A stretch of DNA of 64,000 bases from NCBI GenBank assembly GCA_951406725.2, contig OX597843.1, forward strand, positions 7,378,001 to 7,442,000, written 5' to 3'. Every line of letters begins with the position of its first letter. Within the stretch, counting starts at the first letter, position 1. The position numbers and the translations under genes are program-made. The notes beneath the pieces are model-generated. The model searched no databases and was not told the DNA's origin. It saw only the letters and a list, made by a program, of their open reading frames with translations. This stretch comes from Octopus vulgaris (Eukaryota). Shown piece after piece: positions 53,787 through 64,000 of the stretch.

Positions 53787-56700
53787 GTATCTATCTATGT
53801 ATGTATGTGTGTGTGTGTATGTATGTATGGCCGATTCAGTGTTTACATTATTTCGAGTTAAAACGAGAGATTACCTTTGCCTGTTTATGTAACGGTCTGC
53901 TATGTAGAAAACAATGAGGTTGACTCAATGGAATAATGACAGTGATCGAAGATATAGACACATTTTTTTTTTATTTAATCGTTATACATGCCTTGTCGAC
54001 TGCTATTGTGCAGCCTTAATGTCTCTGTTGATGTGACGATGGTGATATGGTAAGAAAAAGACGGGAGAGTTATAAAATGAGGAGGAGATATTCTTCTCAT
54101 GAGAAAAGAGTTGCATGCAAAGGAAAAAAAAAGTTAAGTCTATAGATGTGCACAGAAACTGGGTGCAAGCATGCATATATATGCATGTAACATGAGACAT
54201 GTAAAAGTTTCCATTTGCATAATACTTGGCTGCTTGTCACTTCAAATAAAGAGTATTGAACTGATATTAAAGCCAAAATTTTCCTTTCGCTACTATTAGG
54301 AAGTTTTTCACTTTTACTTTCAGAGTTAAAAAATGAATGATTACACTTATTTGTTTACATGCGAACTTTTGTTTATTTTATATCCTTCTATATGTTGGAT
54401 ATGCAAATTTCACGAAGCGGGGATAGACACAACTGTCTTCACACAACCCACTTCAGATTACTCTACTAAACACAATACTTCTAATAAATATAAACTCTGA
54501 ACAATGTCAACAACTTCCATGAACTCCCAATGACTCTCTTTGTCTCAACCAATATGCTAATTTTTTTATAAGAGTTTTGCTAGTCCATTCTTCCAATCCC
54601 ATAGGGGTGCCAATGACTCTCACCACAACAGTTTATACATGTAGACTTTTCTTTATACATGTAGATTTTACCAAGCAAGTAGCCCATGCGAAGCTTCACC
54701 TATATGTAAGTACATAATTTTTTTGTTAAATTAAGTTTTCTGTTAGTTAACCATAGCTGTTTGTAAATTGAACAACTGTTTCTCTGTGTATATTGAACAA
54801 TTTCCATAAGACATATATGTTTGCAAATTTAAAATATGTTTGTTTCCCAATGCCATGGTTTAGGGTCTAGTTCTACTGTGTGGCATTTTGGGCAAGAGTC
54901 TTCGACTATAGGTAGGGACCAACAAATGCATTTTTAGTGAAAGTGGTTGATGGGAACTATATGAAGCTTATTGCATGTGTGTGTATACACCATATCAATT
55001 ATGTGATGCATGTTATAGGTAACTGTTGACAAAAAGTGCAAAATACTCATTGAAAAATCAAAATAATTTAGAGTAATGTCAAGAAGGGATGTGGAATGGA
55101 TAGTGAAAGGTCTGGCTTGGAAGGTGTCCCACAGTATTGCTGCCTGGGCCTATGTGTCATCTTGCTACTGCAAGAGAGTACAGACCATTGAATGTTTGTG
55201 AAATATTGGCATCTAAGATTATGAACTCTTTGGATTTACTGATTACCTTGATGTCAGTGAGATTGCCATTGTCAAACAAGAGATTTGTTACCTTAGTAAG
55301 TGTCTACCCTCCAACCATGTGTTCCTCTGAAGAGAAAAAAAGGACTAATATTTTATCTTTCATGAAAAAAGCTTCTGTGCAGTATTCTTTCTGCTTATAA
55401 AATCTTCATACTTGGTGATTTCAGAGATAAAAAAAATTGGGATATAATTGGGAAACATGAAGCCAGAAAATGCAATAGTAATGGCTTGTTTAGTACTGCA
55501 AATGTTTTCGATTTTTGCATATACTGGGTAACTGTCAATCTCCTAGTGTGGAGCATGCTGTATTTGAGCACCAAATATGTGGGAGTATTTATGTGATCAA
55601 GATGAAAGGCAATTAGGTCTCATTAATTTCTGTTTGGTGAGTTGGCCCTGAGGAAAAATCTAGGGAACAAATTGAAATTAAGGCATGAATGCATTAGAGA
55701 CACTTAGAGGATCTAGATCAAATTAGAGACAGTGAAAACATCACTAAGTTTTTGATGGAAAAAATTGTTTCATGTTGGAATGAGTGAATTTGAATGAATG
55801 TCAATAAAATCTTAGTGTGCATGAAAAGCTTGAGAGAGATTTTTGAAAAGGTCTTAATATTAATGTTTCCATTGTGTTTTGCTTCAAAAACTACATAGAC
55901 ATGACAGAATTAAATAGACATCCTTATAATTGTTAAAATTTATTTAAATTATTTATTAATTATTATAATGTGAATATCTAATATTTAGTAGACAGGCTCC
56001 TTGCATTTTTGAATGCAAGGACCCTAGCAGGCATGCTACTGATCTGATGAATATTCTCTTCATGATTTTCTTGCCAAGTTTCTTGCAGTAATATCAAAAG
56101 ATCTGGCTTTAAGGATGCTTTCTTTTTCTTTTTAGGAAGTATCTCATCCATCATGCCTCAGATGTGTTCAGTAGGGTTCATATCTGGTGATTGGCTTAGC
56201 TATGGAAGCTTTTTAATGCCATTCTCTTCCAACCAATCCTGGGTCTTTTAGTTGTGCAAGAAAGCCCTATCTTCCATAAATAGTGTTATTTAATCATTTT
56301 ACTCCTGGAGGTTATAGGAAGAAGATTTTTCTATAATATGGACACATATTTATCTGAGTTTATGTATCCCTCACATTCCACCATTTCTGATTGACTATTG
56401 CTCCAAACTGCTCTCTAGACCATCACATGTTTCATTGTTGGCTGCAATATATTCACGTGAAAATATTGGTGACTGATTCTCCAGACCCACATTCGATCAG
56501 TGTCAGAAAATACAGCAAATCTGGATTCATCAGAGGATTTGACTGTGTCCCAAAGTGCTAGTGACCTCTCTACCATTTCACTTGTCCAATCTTTTCTCCA
56601 TTTGATATTGGCTGGTCGAAGCAGTGTCTTCTTTCTTGCTGCTCTGCCATAATAGCCAATTTTGCGGAGATAACTGACAGCTATTCTGGGACTGACATCA

Positions 56701-58688
56701 ACTTATTCTGCTATATTGGAGGCCTTGCAATGAGGATTATCTTACACACTTCTCTTAAGAAAGCAAAGTGTTGTCAGAGGGCCTTAGTCTACCTGGGTAA
56801 GGTGATATGGACTACTTTCCCGTTTAGTGAATTGAAAAATTACTCTATTTACTGTAGAAAGTAGAATCACAATGTTTTCTGTGGTTTTAGGCTAAGTCAG
56901 CCTTGAAATAGGTGCAGCATATGGCCTCTTTGTAAATTGGACATTTTTAAGGCTTCTTTTGTACATGGCATGATTAAACAGTTACATATAGAACCTGAAA
57001 CATATAAATGTCAATTAATAAAAAAAATATAAACCTCTTCAAGTTATAATAACAATGTGTTAATGGGTATCTATTTACTTTTGTCATGTTTGTGTACAAA
57101 TGTATCATTTGTTACAACTGCACTTTGAAAGAAAAAGAAAACCTTTAGTAGAAAATTAGCATTAGCTACGACAACGTTACCCAACTATTAAATCTTATAT
57201 TTTTCAAACTCATGCTAGGATGGAAAAATGAACGTAGGTATGAGACTTATTTTTACACATGTATTGATGCATATAAAACATGAAATTATGTTGTCTACAT
57301 ACTTAAATACTTGCAATTAATTCATTGTAAGAACATAGAATTTTGACAGGTTTTCTTGAGTTGTTGCTCATCTACAATAATCTGATAAATTTGAGGTTAT
57401 TGTTGGTTGCATAAGATTGTCACTGAATTTTCTCTCGACAGAAATATCTAATCATTTTATCCATACTAGCATGGGTTGTGTGTGTCATGTTGATATCTGT
57501 TTCAGTTTAATTCCCTCTGCAATAGTTTCTTTTTTTTGTGTTTATGCAATATGGTACTCTCATAAAATACAGTTGTCTCTTGCCTTACACAGTATTCTGT
57601 TTCTTAGTTCACTTTTGCACAATTTTGCTCATTTTCCTCTATTTGTTTCTTTTTGTTTTTACAAATATAGAAGTAGTACTTGCTTCAGTTTCTCATTATA
57701 TTTTGTTAAATATTTTTGAATTTGAAATATTAAAATTGATTTCACTGGAAATGAAAATTCAATGTATAAAATTAACTTTAAACTAGATGTTCAGCATCAA
57801 ATGCAAAAGTTTTACAAAAAGAATTGTCCTCATCATCATCATCATCATTTAATGTCCATTTTCTATGCTGGCTTGGGTTGGACAGTTTCATCAGGGCTGT
57901 AAGCTGAGGGTCTGCAGCAGACTCCAGTCTTGATTTGTCATTGTTTCTATGGCTGGATGCCCTTCTTAACATCAAGCACTCCATGAGTGTTGTGGGCAGG
58001 GGTTGTGAAAAAATTAATTGATGGGAAATTAATTACAATATATTGTCTTCTAAGGCACGGCATATCATGAAAGGTGTCAGTCATTAGTCATTGCCTTTAT
58101 AAGTTCCAACAGTCAAAGATCATGCATTACCACCTTGTCCAATGCCTTCTTATGTCTACTTCTTCTGCCATGTAGCATAGTTGTCTGCACAGGTATAATA
58201 AATCTTGACTTTCACTCTGAAGGAGAGACCCTTAGTTACTAAACAGAGGAAGGAGCTCTCTGAATTTGCTCAGCCTATTTTTATTCTTGCAGCCTCACTC
58301 TTGGTTCATCCACCTCTGCTACTGACTTTGTTGCTCAACAATCTTTATCGTACTCCTCTGGTATTTGATGAAGCCCATTTTCTGTACACTTTTAGTGTTT
58401 ACTGTACATGTGCACCTTCCACATGCAAAAAATATTTTCCCAGTTTACCTTCCTCTGATATTGCTACACCTATTATGTGTTATACAGAGTACATCTACCT
58501 ACCTGTTTCCTTCATATTGAGGATGGCCATGTACCTGAAGGGCTTTACGATTTATCTGTTTTCCTACTTACTAAGACTTTGTGTTAGGGTTGGGTAGGTT
58601 AATTCTGTGACCTTTCAATTCTAGACCTTGCTTCCGTACGCACAATTTGTTCTCTAGTTCTGGTAGTGATTTAGCTATAAGAAGAAGC

Positions 58689-60640
58689 TCATTAGTAAAT
58701 AAGTGTGAAAACTCTTTGCTTTCACAAACACTTTATGTACACTGATTGAAGCAATGAAAAAGAAGGTCCTCGGTATACATGAAACGTGAAGGAAAATATT
58801 TGGATAATGAAACTAATAATGTATGGCTAATTGAATGTAATGTAATAAATGATAATATATGAGTGTTCAGTTGTCATCCTCTATGCCCTCCCCAATTCCT
58901 TTGAGAGAAGCAAAGAAGACTAATAATATGTATTAAATGATTAACGAAAATAATAATTAGTGCAAGAGACCCTTAATCAATATTGACGGTGTGACGATCA
59001 AGGAGCAACGTGTCAGTTGTGCATCAGGCTTTTGTGTCAGTCTTTGCGAGTCTGGCAGAGCGACAAACAGGACAATTGCTGGATGGAGGATAAACTGCAT
59101 CAGGCAAGGGTCACTTTTGGAAAGCAGGGGTTTCAAGGGGTGTTGGGGTATGACCACTTGTGGTAAAGGTGGGGTAAGTTGGCGTGGCTCTGTGGGTAGG
59201 CGGTGAGATGCTTTTCTGGTCATGGTAATTTTGGAGTCGGGAAGTGGGCATTGGGTGTTGCAGCTGCATGAGGTGCTGTTAAAGTCGGTTGAGAAGGTAG
59301 TCTCATCACTGGTGTTGGCGTAGGGAACGCATGTGGTCCAGACACCATGAGCAGTGGGCCATGGGGAAGAAGCAGTAGATACTTCCAGAGGAATTTTGTT
59401 GCACAGTGTGACTTGGCCTGATCCATCCACTCTCAACATGTACAGATCGAAATGACGTACATCTAAATGGCACCAGTTTTCCCCCCATTTGTAGGATTGG
59501 GTCAAACTTGGCTCTGGATTAGGACATAGTTCGAAAGAAGTGAGCATGTGTGTTTTGACAACCGTTCAGTAGCACTCATGTTGTGTTTACGCAGGTCTTC
59601 TTTTCAATAAGTCATAGTTTCATGCCATGTGGAATGTAGCTTGTACTTGCCGGGATGGATGGGAATAAAGTATTGTATAGGGCTGCCAAAGATGCACATG
59701 GCTGGGGACAAGTGTGTGTCCCAGTCAGGTGTATTTCTTTATTGTAGCATTGTGCACTGGAAACTGTCAGTGTTAAGGAAGCCATTGGTGTCAGTGTTGT
59801 CTGTAACGAGGCCCTTTATTGTCTCAATACCGACTTTGGCGCGGCAGTTGTCATGGGGAAATGCAATGGCGGTGATTCTCCCCAATTGTGGAAGAAGGTA
59901 CAATGTCAGCTCATAGCTGATAGGGCAGTGTTAAGTGCCTGTGCGCCATTCGATGCTCCTTTAAGATGGTTTTCCAGACCTGTTAGGACATACCACCATT
60001 GTCTGTCACCAATTGACAGATGTACCAATGGGAATAGGCTTGATAACTCCAAGTGGAACATTCCGGTCGAGACCTGCTTTTACTTCCTCTTGCCAATGAA
60101 CCAGGACTGGTATGGGCGTATGGTGGGCGACTGGTTTAGCATTAAGCGGATCGGTTGGTCAGACATCTTGGAGAATTGCCGATGGTTGCAGACGTTGAAT
60201 GTGCTGGAGCTGTAGTATTGTAGCAGCTACTTCCTCAGGCGACAACGTTTTTCCTCAGTGGCTGGGAATGGTAGTGTAGTTGGAGGAGGGGGTTGTATTT
60301 GTTGTAGGTGGCAGGTGCATACATTCTGTGTCATTGTTGCAGATGATCGATGAGGCTTGTCAGTACTCTCTCCCATGGATTGTTTACAGGCCAACTCATG
60401 GCACAATCAGGTGCAGGACAGGGTACGTTGGTCATACTGACTCGCTTTTTGTCATAAATAAGTCTGACAACTGTTTGCTTTCACCAATATTTTATGCAGT
60501 CTGAAGCAATGAGTAAAGGGTCTTCAGTATACCTGAAATGTGAAGGGAAAGATGATGGATAATAAAATGAATAATATATGGCGAATTGAATGTAATGTAA
60601 TAAATTGTAATATATGTGTGTTTAGTTGTAATCCTGTAAT
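58689..60640 (-). mobile_element. Gypsy LTR element remnant, duplicate copy
   Basis: Paralogue of 15081-17020. Confidence 0.8.
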
Positions 60641-62764
60641 CAGCATAGAGGAGTTGCTAGGGTCTGCCTGTTTTATATTTATCTGTTATTACCTGAATGA
60701 TTATGATACCAACAAAAGTCAAGTACATAGGTTTATACTTGGTTAGGTACTTCTCCTGGGGTTTCTTACCAGAAATATATCATGACTGGTGTTTCTTCCT
60801 GATACAAAACCAAATTGCATCTCATCTAGATTAAGTCTTTTCCTAATAAGTTGGGCTATGATCCTCTCCGTGATTTTCATCATCTGAAGAAATTAGTGCC
60901 AGTGCAAGCACTTTATTTTTAAAGCACACATCAGGCATATGTTAACATATTAGCAATGAGAAAGCGCTCTAATCGATGTCTACCTATATACATACATATA
61001 TGCAGGGTAGCCATGTACTTTCTCTACAGCGACACACCTCTGCCTGTCTCTCTATCATACTACAGGTTAGGATGAAGCCACCTCTCTCACTACTAGCAGT
61101 CCACTCATCCTTGAAATTTACTTTTTAATTTTACTAGTGTCAGTGTTACCAAAACTTTTCTCAGACATAGAAACCATGTGAAAACAGACATTAGATGTAC
61201 GTGTAGTAATTCATCTCAGATAGTGTGAAATAGTCCAACCCATGACAACATGAAAAACGAATGTTAAATGATGATGACACACATACACGTTAATTGTATT
61301 TCTTATATTAATTTCAATAATTAATTTGTTTCTATTTATAAATAAAAACAATTGATTTCGCATCAGAATGATTAGTTTGATGACTTGTGGAAGCAATGTA
61401 CTGTGTAAATGTAAGGACAACTGTATTTATTAAACAAATGTATTTCATGATTCGACACATAGATAAAACTTGACTTTCAAGTGTTGGTTGATATTTTGCT
61501 TGTTGTTTGCATATCATGCCTTGTATTATAGATCCCAAATGGCCAAAGGTAAGTGGTCTTTCTTATTTTGGTGTGGGTTTACTGTTAGGATTGGTTTTCA
61601 GAGTTTAGTCTATATTAGGGTCAGCTTGAGGATTTGTGAAGGGTTTTTAGAGAGAATAGTCAAGTAAGAGATCAAAGTTTGAACTAGAGGTTGGGATTTG
61701 GGGTGATGAGGAGAGTAGAGATTGAACAGGTTTATTTATAGTGTTGATGACTGTTTTATATCGGGTTTAGCATTGAAAAGCAGGGATGGGGGCTGGGTGC
61801 TTGGATAAGATGCGGATGTCAGGTTGATCCAAGTTATCTCCATGGTGGTCTTTGGCATGTTGGTAGAGTATAGAAGACTGTTTTCTGTCGTCAAGTTGTC
61901 TTAAATGTTCATTTATCCGTTCCGCAATGCTCTTAGACGTCTCTTCTATGTACATCATGTTCATGTCCTTACAAGCACCTTCTATGCATCTTATATTGTA
62001 AACTACATTTCGAGTTCTACAGTTAATACCAGGGCTAATTCTACATGCCATGAAGTTATCAATTGTGCATATGGTATTCTTAAACGGGCATGTCCTTCAT
62101 AATTGTGACCTGATGGAGTTCCTTGGCTTTTCAACAATTTTAATGTTGAGTTTGGTCTCTTTCAGAGCTTTTCTAAATCTACGGGCTAGTTCTCCATGGG
62201 CTCTGGCCTCTACTAATATCACTCCTTGAATTTTTACTGGTGAGTGTGTATTTAATAATAAGGCACTAAAAGAGAAAGACTATCCCCAGACACAACAGAA
62301 TATACACTGTTTTCGCTAATTACTCTTTCACTCACTTTTGCTACTTTCAGTTATTTGACTGCGGCCATGTTGGAGCACCGCCTTCAGTCAAAGAAATAGA
62401 GCCCAGGACCTATTCTCTTTTGCCGAACCGTTCAGTTACGGGTGCGTGAAAACAGCAGCATCGTTTGTCAAGCACTGTTCGATGGATAAAGAGGCATACA
62501 CAAACGTATATGTATATATATATATGTATGTATGTATATATATATATATATGTATGTATGTATGTATATATATATATATATATATGTATACACACACGAT
62601 GGGCTTCATTTAGTTTCCGTCTACGAAATCTATTCACAAGGCTTTGGTCACCCCGAGGCTATAGTTGAAGACACTTGTCCAAGGTTCCACGCAGTGGGAC
62701 TGAACCCAGAACACAGTGGTTCGTAAGCAAGCTACTTATCACAAAGCCGCTCCTACGCCTAGCA

Positions 62765-62810
<46 letters not shown>

Positions 62811-63456
62811 CTATTTATAAAACTGAAATGCGAAAAGTTTGTTTGTTTGTTTGTCTGGAACGGTTTAAAGACCACTACATCCCGTCGGATTGACTCCAAA
62901 ATTTACCGTTCGTGATCAATCATTCTCACAGAAATGCGTGCACAAACAGACACAGAATGTCATGGTTTAAAGGTCAACATGTTTAAAACATAAATAGCTA
63001 CGAGTTTGTGTATATGCATGTATCTATGTGCATGAGTGCGGACGTGTTTTCAGAATGTCTCAGTTTTAAAGTCAACATATTTAAAACATAAATAGGTACG
63101 AGATTGCGTCTTTGCATGTATCTATATTCGTGGGTGTGGACGTGTGAGTGTTTGTGCGTGTGTGAGCACAGTCCAGCTATACCCAAGCTGGTTGCATCGT
63201 CTCATAAGAAACAGCCGTGAAAGTTCCGGACCACATTAATGAAACGCATTTGCATACAAACAATTAGGGTTCGACTTGAACTTGTCCGGTTAACAAACAG
63301 TAGTGTCTGAATGGGAATTAGCTTGCTTACCTAACAAATGTTTCCGAGTTCAGTCCCACTGGGTGGCATGTTGGGCAAATGTCTTCTACTATAGTCTCGG
63401 GACGACCAAAGCCTTGTGAGTGGATTTGGGAGATGGAAACTAAAAAAAGACTGTCG

Positions 63457-63500
<44 letters not shown>

Positions 63501-63673
63501 GTAGCAGTAAGAGTGGCTATGTAGCTTGCTTTCCAAACACGGTGTTTCTGGTTCAGTCCAACTGCGTGGCCCCATGGGCAAGTGTCTTCCAATATAGCCT
63601 CAGACAGACCAACGTTTCTGAGTAGATTTTGTACACCGAAACAGAAAGTAGCCCGTGGTATATAGATAGGTAT

Positions 63674-63709
<36 letters not shown>

Positions 63710-63711
<2 letters not shown>

Positions 63712-63778
63712 GAGTAAACACATAAATGTGAAACAAGGTGGAAAAAAGAGTACTGAATTTTCTGCTGCTTAAAATAAA

Positions 63779-63780
<2 letters not shown>
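63710..63780. mobile_element. Collapsed remnant of the 4441-4632 palindromic family
   Basis: 63710-63755 is the reverse complement of about 4586-4631; 63757-63779 matches 4540-4562 directly; absent from the paralogue at about 19980. Confidence 0.7.
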
Positions 63781-63847
<67 letters not shown>

Positions 63848-64000
63848 CATAGGTATATATTGATAGATATATGTATATACATATAGATATTTAAACATAT
63901 ATGGGATGGCCATAATGGGACATCCGACTCACTAGAGAGAGCAGTTATCTTGCTCATTATAATTTATTAAAAGTAATATAATTATATGTAAGGAAAGTAA

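Larger units (their letters stand above)
52938..64000 (+). repeat. Segmental duplication, copy 2 (runs off the window)
   Basis: Colinear with 9335-20280. Confidence 0.97.

Overview
AT-rich, repeat-saturated animal genomic DNA. The SINE families and microsatellite load look like an octopus (cephalopod) genome, which is my recognition rather than a database result. I can support no intact cellular protein-coding gene. The long ORFs are either microsatellite artefacts or decayed retroelements: Tx1/L1-, RTE- and CR1-clade LINEs, Penelope-like element (PLE) fragments, an internally deleted Gypsy LTR element, a Tc1 remnant and Helitron-like elements. Architecture: (1) an ~11 kb block (9335-~20280) repeated from 52938 to the window end, carrying a candidate promoter/first exon and a 17-nt microexon; (2) a rearranged duplication at 48968-52925; (3) a mosaic tandem array at 19240-34250. 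The most interesting signals are two palindromic elements (4441-4534 and 35438-35696) that fold into non-canonical minimal hammerhead ribozymes of the PLE type, and a SINE whose 3' tail matches the 3' end of a CR1-clade LINE in the same window, with a covarying stem-loop. All identity figures are estimates by eye.
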